Assembly (NCBI GenBank): GCA_949373235.1
Contig: CASICQ010000003.1
Coordinates: forward strand, 49,136 to 113,135
Source: Candidatus Poseidoniaceae archaeon
Lineage (GTDB): Archaea > Thermoplasmatota > Poseidoniia > Poseidoniales > Poseidoniaceae
DNA length: 64,000 nt
Direction of reading: 5' to 3'
Part shown: in pieces, positions 1 through 10,200 of the stretch
How positions within the stretch are numbered: the first letter of the stretch is position 1
How the letters are laid out: every line of letters starts with the position of its first letter
Position numbers and translations under genes: made by a program
The notes under the pieces: generated by a model
Database searches by the model: none
What the model was told of the DNA's origin: nothing
What the model saw: the letters and a program-made list of their open reading frames with translations, nothing else

Positions 1-1
1 G

Positions 2-1024
2 GCTCTGTTCTCCAACGGGCTTCTTTTCGAAATCGGTGTAGATTTTTTCCATTGTGGTGTAGTACTTCACTAACTTTTTTGGATTTGGAGTGAGATCCGT
101 CATGGTCAACAGAGCATCGAACGCCTCTTGCATCTCTTGACGGGAGAGGTGGTCGAAAAAGTGGAACAAGGCATGAGCGACTCGTTTTGGGGCATGGCAG
201 ATGGCTCCATTGTCGATAAAAACAAACTTTCCATCGTTATCGATGATGCAGTTTCCAGGATGTAAATCGCCATGGAAGGTACCGATGCCAAACAAGTAGG
301 CACCGTGAATGCGGAAAAATTGCAGCAAAAATTCCCATGATAGGGCCTTTTCTTCTATGCCTTCTTCCAGCGACATGCCTTCTATGTACTCGGAAACCAA
401 GATGTCAGAGTTTGAGAGTTCTGAGTAATAGATTGGGAAGCGGAGCAAATCCATTTGGAATTGACCATCGAGGGATTCTTTGATTGCTTCCAGTTCGTCG
501 GCACCCTTGATTTCATTTCGAAGATCGAGTTCACGAAGGGTGTAATCCGCTACGTGATTAATCAAGGCCATTGGGTTGCCAACTTTGCGAAGTTTTGGAG
601 CAAACACAAGGAAGATTCGCAACCAGCGACGCATACGAACGACTTCTTTCTTGAATTCAACAGCGTTGGTTTGTTTGATGAACTTGATGACCACTTCTTC
701 TCCGGTCTTGAGCCGCCCACGGTGGACTTGACCAACTGAAGCGGCTGCAAGTGGTTCATCATCGACGGACTCGAAGGCGTCCATGAAGCCTGCAGGTGCT
801 TTGTTGGCAATGGTCTCATGAAGGTTTTCCGAGGCAATCGAAGCTGCGTGTTGATACAGTTGCTGAAGCTGCCTCGCTTTCTCTACACCAAGCAGGTCAG
901 GGCGCAGTGCGAAAATCTGCGCAAGCTTCACAGCGATGAGCCCTTGGCGTTGTATCCAATCCAAGTCTGCCGGTTTTTTGCGAAGAATTTGACGCATGAA
1001 GCGGAAAAACGTCAGCATTCGCAT
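2..1024 (-). CDS. ABC1/UbiB-family atypical protein kinase (N-terminal 340 aa; C-terminus beyond window start)
   Basis: Manual translation of the minus strand from ATG at 1024..1022 is open to position 2 and absent from the ORF track. It contains AAASVGQVHRGRLKTGEEVVIKF (ATP-binding Lys region) and FHGDLHPGNCIID (catalytic loop), both typical of the UbiB/ABC1/ADCK family. Confidence 0.8.
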   Translation of the reverse strand, partial: MRMLTFFRFMRQILRKKPADLDWIQRQGLIAVKLAQIFALRPDLLGVEKARQLQQLYQHAASIASENLHETIANKAPAGFMDAFESVDDEPLAAASVGQVHRGRLKTGEEVVIKFIKQTNAVEFKKEVVRMRRWLRIFLVFAPKLRKVGNPMALINHVADYTLRELDLRNEIKGADELEAIKESLDGQFQMDLLRFPIYYSELSNSDILVSEYIEGMSLEEGIEEKALSWEFLLQFFRIHGAYLFGIGTFHGDLHPGNCIIDNDGKFVFIDNGAICHAPKRVAHALFHFFDHLSRQEMQEAFDALLTMTDLTPNPKKLVKYYTTMEKIYTDFEKKPVGEQS

Positions 1025-1062
1025 GCCGGCTAATCTGCGGTTTTGCTTATCAAGAGATGTTT

Positions 1063-2454
1063 TCAATCAAGCAGATTTCCATCCGTTTCATCGATGAAAA
1101 CAAGGGTATATCGCCATGCCTCTTTCCCTTCGGCTTCCCTTCGGATTCGAACGTTTCCGTTTTCAGGGTAACGTGCAAGAAGTGCACCTTCGATGATTCC
1201 ATCATCAAGTTGCCAGAGTGGGAGCACGTCGTCATCTTGAGTTTCCGGATGAGCGAGGTTGACAATGATGTGGAAGAAGGGATCTGCGTTGTAATCCAGC
1301 TCGCCAAGACCTGCGTGTTCCCACCAATCCATAAGTTCGTTGAGGAATTCGACATGCCCTTCGATTTTTCTTAGGCTAAATGCGAGTTCTTCACCGATGC
1401 GTTGACCCACTTGTCGAAGCATGGTCCCCAAGTCAATGCCAAGTTCATGCAGGCTGCTCATACGACCTTCTTGCAGTGCAGCGCGGGCTTGATTGATTTC
1501 GCTGCTCGAAGCAAGGAACGATTCAGGGTTGAATGGAACGTCATCTTCTGGCAGATTTTCACTCACCTTGAGGGCGCCTCGGAATTGTTCCAAGAAGGAG
1601 CCTTGGCCGACTGTGAGACGGAGTGGATCCACAATCCGTTCCTCTGTGAATCGCTTTTTGGCCGCCTCAATGTCGATGGCCTTTGACCAAATCGCATTGA
1701 CGAAGTCGCTGTGAGAGCTAGCGAAGGCTTCCGAATTGACGACGAGCGCAGCATCGTCACGGCCTCGGCCAACGGGGTTTTCTTCTACATGCAAGAATTG
1801 AATGACGTTTCCTGTGTCTTGAAGCACACCCAGAGAACTCACTTCGTCCGAATGGCGAACCGATATTGAATCGTGCAATTGATCGTAAAACCGCACCGTG
1901 CGCCGATCGAGTTGGGCCAAAACGGTGACGATAACGCCCCGTTCGGCTGCGAGGTTGACTTCCTCAAGGCCCACGGAACGGCACAGATGGAGGATTCCAA
2001 ATCGACCAAGAAGGAGAACCAACCGTTCTTCAGCCTGAGCCGCAAATTCCCCAATTCGCTTGTGGATGTGCTCTCTTCCTTTGAGCACTGCAAACTTGGC
2101 GTTTGTGTCATCGGTATCTTCTTCAGAAGTTTCGTCGTATTCGGAGGTTGCCCCGGACATGATTGACTCGAAAGCCTTCGATGTACGCTCGATTCGCTCA
2201 CGCTGTTCATTCAGCAATCGCTTGAAAAGCACTGGAAGCGATGAACAAGAAAAGCGCATAGGACGGTCTGCGGTGACGGAAACCAGACCGATTTCAGTCA
2301 ACCGGGAGAGGGAATTGTAAGCATCAAGACGGTTTGTCCCCAGTTCTTTTGCCAATTCGCTGGCTTTCAACTCTTTTGAAGAAGAGAGTATGACCAGGGA
2401 GCGTGCTTCACGTTCAGAGAGGCCTGCGTCTTCGAACAATTCGAACCAATTCAT
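1063..2454 (-). CDS. TrmB-family transcriptional regulator (N-terminal wHTH plus C-terminal sensor domain)
   Basis: The N-terminus LSEREARSLVILSSSKELKASELAKELGTNRLDAYNSLSRLTEIGLV resembles a TrmB-type winged helix. A long C-terminal domain follows. There is a 4-nt start/stop overlap with the upstream bcp-like gene. Confidence 0.6.
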   Translation of the reverse strand: MNWFELFEDAGLSEREARSLVILSSSKELKASELAKELGTNRLDAYNSLSRLTEIGLVSVTADRPMRFSCSSLPVLFKRLLNEQRERIERTSKAFESIMSGATSEYDETSEEDTDDTNAKFAVLKGREHIHKRIGEFAAQAEERLVLLLGRFGILHLCRSVGLEEVNLAAERGVIVTVLAQLDRRTVRFYDQLHDSISVRHSDEVSSLGVLQDTGNVIQFLHVEENPVGRGRDDAALVVNSEAFASSHSDFVNAIWSKAIDIEAAKKRFTEERIVDPLRLTVGQGSFLEQFRGALKVSENLPEDDVPFNPESFLASSSEINQARAALQEGRMSSLHELGIDLGTMLRQVGQRIGEELAFSLRKIEGHVEFLNELMDWWEHAGLGELDYNADPFFHIIVNLAHPETQDDDVLPLWQLDDGIIEGALLARYPENGNVRIRREAEGKEAWRYTLVFIDETDGNLLD

Positions 2455-2930
2455 TGCATTGAGCCTCCCGATGAAAGTTCACTGAAGGCGTCAAGGATTC
2501 GAGCAACGTGACGGCGAGGACGGAACAACCAGTCGTAGCAGTAATGCACGGTTCGGTCTGGGCCGATGAGGAAAGAGGATTTTGCAGGGAAACGTCCCAA
2601 AAATACTGGCACTCCGAACGCATCGGCGACTTGACGATCTGGATCGCTTAGAAGGGGGAACGGGAGTTTCAGGTCTTCTTTGAACCGGCGATGGTCTTCG
2701 ATTGAATCTTGACTGATCCCAATCACTTCAACGGGGGGCGTCAATGATTGAAACAAGTCATATTGCTCCTTGAAGGTCAAGCATCCGCGCTTGCATGTAG
2801 GAGAACCATCCTTGGCGTAGAAGAACACAACCTTCCATTTGCCATCAAAGTCTGACAATGAGAAGGTCTCCCCGTTCGAGGTAGGTAGGGTAAACTCAGG
2901 GGCGGTTTTCCCCGACAACTCATTGGCCAT
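2451..2930 (-). CDS. bcp: Peroxiredoxin, Bcp/PrxQ type (thioredoxin fold)
   Basis: VVFFYAKDGSPTCKRGC matches the FYPKDxTPGCT peroxidatic-Cys motif of Bcp-family peroxiredoxins. Length is 159 aa. Confidence 0.75.
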   Translation of the reverse strand: MANELSGKTAPEFTLPTSNGETFSLSDFDGKWKVVFFYAKDGSPTCKRGCLTFKEQYDLFQSLTPPVEVIGISQDSIEDHRRFKEDLKLPFPLLSDPDRQVADAFGVPVFLGRFPAKSSFLIGPDRTVHYCYDWLFRPRRHVARILDAFSELSSGGSMQ

Positions 2931-2965
2931 GTATCTCCCTCAAACCCTGCGCTTATAACTTGAGG

Positions 2966-3619
2966 TTAAGCCTGTTCTGGAATCAAATGCCCCATTCGCT
3001 TCTGTTTTGTAGAGAGGTAGTGGTCGTTTGATTCACAACGTCCAGCGAGATGAGGCACACGCTCCTGTACGGTGATGCCGTTGATGCGCAGACCTCGGAT
3101 TTTGAGAGGATTGTTGGTCATCAATCGGACTTCGTTCACGCCAACCTTTTCCAGCATTTCGGCGCAGAAGGAGTAATCTCGTGCGTCGGCTGGTAAGTTG
3201 AGCGCCAGGTTGGCATCGAGGGTATCGAATCCAATATCTTGCAAGGCATAGGCTCGAATCTTTGCTTCAAGCCCGATTCCTCTTCCTTCTTGGCGCATGT
3301 AAAGTATAGCGCCGCTTCCTTCTTCTTGGATGCGAGCCATGGATGCTTTGAGTTGGGGGCCGCAGTCGCACTTCAACGAGCCGAATGCATCGCCGGTGAG
3401 GCATTCTGAATGGATCCTAACAATCGGCACGGAGGAGGAATCTTCGAGGCCCACTGAGAGCACCGAATGTTCGCCTCCTTGATCGTCGACGAAGACCCTC
3501 ATGCGGAAGTTTCCGTATTCGGTGGGAAGGTTAGCGTCTGCTTTGATGTCTGCGACGGGTACGTTTAGTTGAGGCATAGGCCGAAATGACAAGGATTGTA
3601 TTATAATATCCTGTTTCAA
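2966..3619 (-). CDS. ribA: GTP cyclohydrolase II
   Basis: The zinc-site motif [24 protein letters not shown] is present, together with [18 protein letters not shown] and RLMTNNPLK; all are RibA signatures. Confidence 0.9.
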   Translation of the reverse strand: MKQDIIIQSLSFRPMPQLNVPVADIKADANLPTEYGNFRMRVFVDDQGGEHSVLSVGLEDSSSVPIVRIHSECLTGDAFGSLKCDCGPQLKASMARIQEEGSGAILYMRQEGRGIGLEAKIRAYALQDIGFDTLDANLALNLPADARDYSFCAEMLEKVGVNEVRLMTNNPLKIRGLRINGITVQERVPHLAGRCESNDHYLSTKQKRMGHLIPEQA

Positions 3620-3643
3620 ATCGTATAGGCTCGGAAACAGTCC

Positions 3644-3649
3644 TTTATA
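3644..3649 (+). promoter_or_regulatory. Putative archaeal TATA box (TTTATA) for the nudix-phr operon; leaderless transcript likely
   Basis: TTTATA lies about 25-28 nt upstream of ATG at 3674 (GTG at 3665), which matches archaeal BRE/TATA-to-TSS spacing. Confidence 0.4.
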
Positions 3650-3673
3650 CGCTTTTCAGCCAAAGTGGCTTCC

Positions 3674-4165
3674 ATGCACAACGTAGAATGTGATTTGGGT
3701 GTCGCAGCAATCGTGCGTCGCGCCCGCTCCATTTTGCTTGTTCGAGAACTTCACGGTCGCTACCAAGGAAGGTGGGGCCTACCTAAAGGGTATGTCGATG
3801 CTGGAGAATTACCGCGCAACGCAGCGCTCAGAGAACTGAGAGAAGAATGCGGCGTCGAGGGCAACGTCTTGGGCGTTCAATCGGTGCGAGAACGCCTTCT
3901 TGAAGGCACGCCCGCCATATTTATCGCTTACATGGTCGAGATTGCCAAAGATGCTCAGCCAATCCCTAACGAAGAAGTCTCAGAAGCTTTGTTCGTCCCA
4001 GTTGACCAATTTTCTAAGCTGGAGTGGATCAGCGATGCCATGCAAACGATGGCCGTTAACGCAGTCAATTCAAAACACCGCCTTTCCAGTGTGGACTACG
4101 AAGCCGCACGTGGCCATCCATACGTCCTTCACACCTTACCTGAATCACGCGGGGGCATTCTATGA
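3674..4165 (+). CDS. NUDIX hydrolase
   Basis: The Nudix box GLPKGYVDAGELPRNAALRELREECGVEG follows the Gx5Ex7REUxEExGU pattern. The ORF track starts at GTG 3665; ATG 3674 is favoured from the promoter spacing. Confidence 0.75.
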   Translation: MHNVECDLGVAAIVRRARSILLVRELHGRYQGRWGLPKGYVDAGELPRNAALRELREECGVEGNVLGVQSVRERLLEGTPAIFIAYMVEIAKDAQPIPNEEVSEALFVPVDQFSKLEWISDAMQTMAVNAVNSKHRLSSVDYEAARGHPYVLHTLPESRGGIL

Positions 4166-5658
4166 ACACAAAACTAGCAGATCGAGCAAGAGTCCTAAAC
4201 ACCAAACCACTCAACAGTGAAGGGAAATATGTCCTCTACTGGATGATCGCAAATCGAAGGTTCCACTGCAATGCGGCGTTGGAATACGCCGCACATGTAG
4301 CGCACCAGCAAAACGTGCCCTTGATTGTACTCGAAGAGATTTCAACTCGGCACGACTTTGCCAACGACCGAGTCACGGCTTTCGTTGTACAAGGCATGTT
4401 GGACAACATTCGAACCTTCAAAGAGAACAAGATTCGCTACATTCCATGGGTCGAAACACCACTTTCTGGGAAAACAGGGAAATTACACGAACTCGCAAAG
4501 GATGCTGTCATCATCATCAGCGATGAGTTCCCGACTTACTTCCCCCGCAAAGCGGCAGAGAGCGCAGCCAAATCGTTGCCTTACAGGTTCATGATCGTGG
4601 ACTCGAACGGTGTGTTCCCGATGTCTTGGACAGAACGACCATACCCCACGGCACACGGATTCCGCCGATTTGTGCACGAACGATTTGTTGAATGCATCGA
4701 GACCTGGCCATCTCACATGCCAGTTTCCAACGACCACGATCTGTGGATGGAAGATGAAGATTTCATACCGCTCGCTGAGCGCTCAAACCTTGGTGTGACT
4801 CCGTTTGAGTGGTTGTGGCGAGCAGGTGAGCAGGGCTCCGTCGGAAGGGATGCTCTTTCGACCCTCGATATCGATCACAGCGTGGAACCCGTCAAGAACG
4901 TCCGAGGCGGCAGGGACACTGCAGTTCGCATGCTCAGAGAATTCCTGTCCAATCGGCTTGGGCGTTATCATGAAGACAGAAACCAAGTAAAAAATCCGGC
5001 AACCAGTGGCCTTTCGCCTTGGTTCCACTTCGGCCATATTTCCACGGTTGAAGTCGTTCGCCGAATCATAGATTCAAACGGCTGGATGCCCGATTTGATC
5101 AACGCCTCTCGACGAGGGGCTCGAGCAGGTTGGTGGGGTCTACCAGAACCTGTCGAGGCTTTCCTCGACCAAATCATCACATGGCGTGAACTCGGATTCA
5201 ACAACGCATTCCACAACCCCAATCACAATGAATTCGAATCCCTGCCCAACTGGGCAAAAATTACCCTTTCGGAACACGCTGATGATGAACGAACAACATA
5301 CACCCTTGAGCAGATCAGGAACGCTGACACGCATGATGAGATTTGGAACGCTGCCCAGCGGCAACTCGTGAGAAAAGGCATCATCCACAATTATTTGCGC
5401 ATGCTGTGGGGCAAAAGAATCCTCGAATGGGCGGCTTCACCCGAACAAGCCGCAAAGTGGATGATCGAACTCAACGACACCTACGCACTGGATGGACGCG
5501 ACCCGAACTCCTACACAGGGATTTTCTGGGTGCTCGGCCGTCACGACCGCGCATGGGGTCCAGAACGTGCCATCTTCGGTAAAATTCGCTACATGTCATC
5601 TGAGAACACTCGACGCAAGTTTGACCTCAAACCTTACTTGCAAGAGTTTGGCCATTGA
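4162..5658 (+). CDS. phr: Deoxyribodipyrimidine photolyase, class II CPD type
   Basis: The N-terminus KYVLYWMIANRRFHCNAAL and C-terminus GRDPNSYTGIFWVLGRHDRAWGPERAIFGKIRYM match class II photolyases. ATGA overlaps with the Nudix gene and with the downstream gene. Confidence 0.85.
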   Translation: MNTKLADRARVLNTKPLNSEGKYVLYWMIANRRFHCNAALEYAAHVAHQQNVPLIVLEEISTRHDFANDRVTAFVVQGMLDNIRTFKENKIRYIPWVETPLSGKTGKLHELAKDAVIIISDEFPTYFPRKAAESAAKSLPYRFMIVDSNGVFPMSWTERPYPTAHGFRRFVHERFVECIETWPSHMPVSNDHDLWMEDEDFIPLAERSNLGVTPFEWLWRAGEQGSVGRDALSTLDIDHSVEPVKNVRGGRDTAVRMLREFLSNRLGRYHEDRNQVKNPATSGLSPWFHFGHISTVEVVRRIIDSNGWMPDLINASRRGARAGWWGLPEPVEAFLDQIITWRELGFNNAFHNPNHNEFESLPNWAKITLSEHADDERTTYTLEQIRNADTHDEIWNAAQRQLVRKGIIHNYLRMLWGKRILEWAASPEQAAKWMIELNDTYALDGRDPNSYTGIFWVLGRHDRAWGPERAIFGKIRYMSSENTRRKFDLKPYLQEFGH

Positions 5659-7055
5659 AAACAAGGGGCCTTGATATGCGTTACACTCACACCACCCACG
5701 TCGCTGCAGACGTGCAAACCACATTTGATTGGCATGAACGCAAAGGATCCTTCCGTAGGTTGATGCCGCCATGGGAAGAGGTCGAAGAAGTTCGTGCTGA
5801 CCCGACTTTGGAAGATGGTTCTGAACGAATTTTCAGATTCCCAATGGGCCCGATCAAACTTCAATGGATCGCCCGACATAAAGGGTACAATCCACCTCAT
5901 GCGTTTGAGGACGACATGATCAAGGGGCCATTCAAGTCATGGCACCACGTTCACGCGTTCGAAGCAAATGAAGACGGCACGAGCAGAGTCGAAGACACTG
6001 TGAACTTCAGCGTTCCTTTGGGTGGCCTTGGCATGTTGGTTGCAGGACGAAGCATCAACAAACGTATTGACCGTATGTTCACAGCACGGGGCAACAGGCT
6101 TTCCCGAGACATTGCTCGGCACAAGGAATTCGAACACATCGAAAGGAAAAAAATACTGATTGCCGGATCTTCAGGATTGATTGGCAGGCAACTCGTTGCT
6201 TTCCTTGACACTGGCGGCCACGAAGTGTGGCGGCTGGTGCGAAGAACACCGGCTGAAGGAGCACATGAAATTCAATGGGATCCAAAAAACGGAACCCTCG
6301 AGGCTTCGGCCCTCGAAGGTTTTGACGCTGTCATTCATCTCGGTGGTGCTGGCGTTGGTGACAAACGCTGGAGCAAGAAACGCATGGATCTCATCCGTAC
6401 AAGTCGAACCGAAAGCACCACCCTTCTGGCGACCACGCTCGCAGGCTTGGACCAGAAGCCAGAGGTCTTCATGGTGGCAAGCGCTATCGGCTATTACGGC
6501 AACAGAGGCGATGAAGAACTCACTGAAGCCTCCACATCTGGTGACGGTTATCTTCCTGAAACATGCATAGCTTGGGAAGCTTCTGCCCAGCCTGCAAAAG
6601 ATGCTGGCATCCGAACCATTCACGCTCGAACCGGTGGAATTGTGCTCGACGCTACCGGTGGCGGGCTAGGAAAGATGCTGCTGCCTGCAAAACTCGGCGC
6701 TGGCGGTCCAATCGGGCGGGGCAAGCAATGGCTATCATGGATTTCAATGGACGACGAGGTCTATGCAATGCACCACCTGCTCATGACTCAAGCCTGCGAT
6801 GGCGCCTACAACCTCGTGTCGCCTGACACCGTTCAACAGAAAACATTCGCAAAGGTGCTTGGAAAGGTTCTACGTCGCCCTGCTTTCATCCCAACACCGC
6901 CGTTCGGCGTCTGGATTCTATTTGGAAAAATGGGTGTGACATTGACAACCGATAGCGCAAGGGTCGTTCCGACCCGCCTGACTGAACTCGGCTACCGATT
7001 CGAACACACAACCCTCGAACCTGCCTTGCGGGACACGCTTGGTTTGTGGCGCTGA
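5655..7055 (+). CDS. SRPBCC (polyketide-cyclase-like) domain fused to a YfcH/TIGR01777-type NAD-dependent epimerase with a DUF1731-like C-terminal domain
   Basis: The N-terminal 150 aa resemble a START/SRPBCC fold. The Rossmann motif ILIAGSSGLIGRQL is followed by a C-terminal region similar to the YfcH-family DUF1731 tail. Confidence 0.65.
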   Translation: MKTRGLDMRYTHTTHVAADVQTTFDWHERKGSFRRLMPPWEEVEEVRADPTLEDGSERIFRFPMGPIKLQWIARHKGYNPPHAFEDDMIKGPFKSWHHVHAFEANEDGTSRVEDTVNFSVPLGGLGMLVAGRSINKRIDRMFTARGNRLSRDIARHKEFEHIERKKILIAGSSGLIGRQLVAFLDTGGHEVWRLVRRTPAEGAHEIQWDPKNGTLEASALEGFDAVIHLGGAGVGDKRWSKKRMDLIRTSRTESTTLLATTLAGLDQKPEVFMVASAIGYYGNRGDEELTEASTSGDGYLPETCIAWEASAQPAKDAGIRTIHARTGGIVLDATGGGLGKMLLPAKLGAGGPIGRGKQWLSWISMDDEVYAMHHLLMTQACDGAYNLVSPDTVQQKTFAKVLGKVLRRPAFIPTPPFGVWILFGKMGVTLTTDSARVVPTRLTELGYRFEHTTLEPALRDTLGLWR

Positions 7056-7070
7056 TTTGGACCCCGGGAT

Positions 7071-7160
7071 CCCTAAGGGGTAGCGAGTGTACTGGGGGAC
7101 TGAACACCCATTGCACTCTTCCATAATGTCTTGAGGGGTTTGAGAGAACCTTGAGATACG
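7071..7160 (+). repeat. Intergenic repeat element copy A (core ...GTGTACTGGGGGACTGAACACCCATTGCACTCTTCCATAATGTCTTGAGGGGTTTGAGAGAACC...)
   Basis: It is nearly identical to the reverse complement of copy D and similar to copies B and C. It lies immediately 3' of the stop at 7055. Confidence 0.8.
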
Positions 7161-7213
7161 GTGCGATTTGTTGGGACAAAAGAGGGCCCTCTCTTTACGA
7201 TTGAATAACAATA

Positions 7214-10200
7214 ATGTTACCTAATGGTTATATGCGTTCATTCGGACAGTATTACATGCGTATTCCTGTTCTTGTGATCCTTCTCCTTGCCTCAATGCAA
7301 CCAATGCTGGCTCAACCCTCGTTCGATGAGGGGGGAAACCCCCACTTTGCCGATGCCGGAAGCGTTGATGTCATTCAAGAAATTGAACCAAACAACCTCA
7401 ACACCACTGGCCAAGAAGTCTATCCGGGAGACGTGGTTCGAGGAGCAGTCGATATGTGGAGCGATGAATTGGATTACTTTGGTGTTTGGCTGGAGCCTGG
7501 CCAAACCCTCCTGTTGACCCTTTCACACGCCGCAGGCGATGGCGTGTCAATGTCAGTTTGGGACGAAGAAGGAACTCACCTAGGTGCGAGCAACCCTGGA
7601 AAAACCAGGGACACACTGTTCCTTGGGGAAGAGGAAACCGACTACGGTGGGCTCTACATCGTCTCTGTGAACGCAACCATGACCGAAGCTGGTGGTGGCG
7701 CCTATGTTCTTGAGATCGATGCAGGTTACCTCGTCCACTGGTACGCACCAGCTGTTGGCTGGAACGCAGCGACAGAGATGTTCGATGCAAAAGCCAACCT
7801 TTTGTACACTGAATCGCTTTCTTCCTATCAGTTCGCAAACTCAGCATCGTCCACAGCATCTTCTGCACCGGTGTGGACCACCGGTGATTTCTGGAATTTC
7901 ACAGTCACAATGCCAAGCATGATGGGCGCTGAATACAGCGAATATCACCAAATGACGGTAACAGGTACAGAAACAGTTTCTGGAAACGAATGCTACAGAG
8001 TCTCTTTAGAAGGAAAGATGACCTTCTCGATGAGTTTCTTTGGCATGACGACGACCACCACCGATGAAGAAACCGGGGTTGCATGTTATGCTACCTCCGA
8101 TCTTTCACTTGTCCACGAAAACATCACCTTCACCTCCAAAATGGAAACATCTGGCGGCATTGGTGCCATGAGCAGCGATGAAACTTCTGGACGAAGTTGC
8201 ACGACGTCCGATGGCGAACCGGATGAGGATTGTGATGGTGTTGAGGACTTTTTCGACGATTGTTCTGGCACTGCCCCTGGTGCGGAAGTTGACTTCTGGG
8301 GTTGTTCTGAAGCCCAAAACAACGGTGGAGGCAGCGGCGGTAACGACGGCGATAGCGACGGAGTTCCTGACACGGATGATGACTGTCCAAACACTGAGGC
8401 TGGCGCCTCGGTTGATCTGAACGGTTGTTCAGAAGCCCAAAACGGAGGCGGAAACGGCGACGGCGGTGACGGAAACGGTGGTAGCGATGCGACCGATACT
8501 GACGGTGATGGCGTTAACGACAATGACGACATGTGCCCAGATACGATGGCGGGAGCGACCGTCGATGTGATGGGATGTTCTGATGCTCAAAATGGCGGAG
8601 GCAACAACGGCGAAGATGATGGTTCTGGAAACGGAGGCAACGGTGGCTCTGGAAACGGTGGAGACGACGGCTCCGGTGGCAATGACCTTGGATTCGGTTG
8701 TGTTCCTGACATGAGCGACATGAGCACCACTACGGTGTTCCGCTCAGACCTCGTCTACGCTCAGGGCATGGACAACTTCCACTTCCCAATTGAGGAAGGA
8801 ACTGTTTGGAGTGAGGCTGCTGTGGGTGATGGTTCGATTTCGATGTCCTCAGAAATGGGTGGCTGCGAGTTGTTTTCAATCGATGTTCCTGCATCGGATG
8901 CACTGCCTTTGAACTACCGTCATCTTTCAACAAAAGACTTCACCGTAGGTAACGATACGGTAACAGCCAACGGAATCCAAGTCTTTGCCGGACGAGATGG
9001 CAACAATGACTGGGCGACACCTGATTTCACCTTATTACCAAGCGTTCCTGATGATGTAGCCAAGATGGGCCTACCGTTCGCAGCATGGGTGAATGTTGTT
9101 GGGTTTAACGAATTCAACGCACCCGTCAACATGAGTGCGAGCTTGAACGCAGAGAATGCGCCAATTATGTTTGATCAATACCAACTGACCATCGATGATG
9201 CAGGCACCGTGATTGTCGATACAATGAACCTCACCAGTGGAGAGTATCTGCTTACCGTGACAGGTTCTTCAAACGGAGGTGCTGAGCGTTCAATCACGAT
9301 TCCATTTACCGTTGACAACGACCCAGACTTCGAGATTCTCACCTTCGATCCATGGATTGTCTTACCACAAGGTGCAGAGTGGGTTGTACCTACGCCTATT
9401 TTTATCGAACCAGTGAATGGTTTCGGTGCTGATGTCAGCGTCAGTGTGACCGTGCCAGATGGCGTCACGGCTCAACTTGACTTTGCCCGTGGTTCCGCTC
9501 CGTTCATGTCAATCTTGACCCTCACTATCCCTTCTAACCTCACTGCTGGAGATTACACCGTGATCGTAACAGGTGCTGCAGGGAGCAACGTCCATTCTGA
9601 TGAACTCACCTTTACGCTGACGTCATTGCCTGAATTCTCCTTGGAAATTGAAGAGCGCGAACAAATCATCACCAACGGTGCTATGTCCATCAGCGGCGTC
9701 ATCAACGCACACAACGGACTCGACTTGGCGCTAGGTGGGGCTTTGGATATTTTCATTGAACCTTACAACCAGGCGCTGTTGGATTCAGCCGTCATTGAAT
9801 TTGGTGCCATGGATTCAAACGGTGATTTGCCCTTTACAGTGACCTTCACCGTGAGCGACACCACGGACAGAAACGAGTACACCGTGAATCTCAATGTGGT
9901 CGCCCTAGATGGTGGGATCGCTCACATGGCATCCGTTGCCTTTGTCACCGAATCCTCAACACTTGACGGAACAGCAGTTGCAGCAGATGCTTCCGCAGTT
10001 GTATCTGGCAACACCAGTCAGCACGATGGCACAGAAGAAGCAGCCCAAGCGATTGCGAATGGGGAGGAAGTCGAGCAAGAAGATCAGACAAAGGATGAGG
10101 ATGACAAGGGTGATGGCAGCAGCGAGGCTCAATCATCAAACACAGGTCTGATTGTAGGATCGACCATTGGAATTCTTGGCGTCGTTGTTGGCGTTGCAGT

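Noticed and set aside
455-1033. Plus-strand ORFs 455..739 and 818..1033 and minus-strand ORFs 106..303 and 562..837 from the track
   Set aside because: They overlap the long uninterrupted minus-strand ABC1/UbiB kinase reading frame (2..1024). They show no recognisable motifs and are most likely antisense or out-of-frame artefacts.
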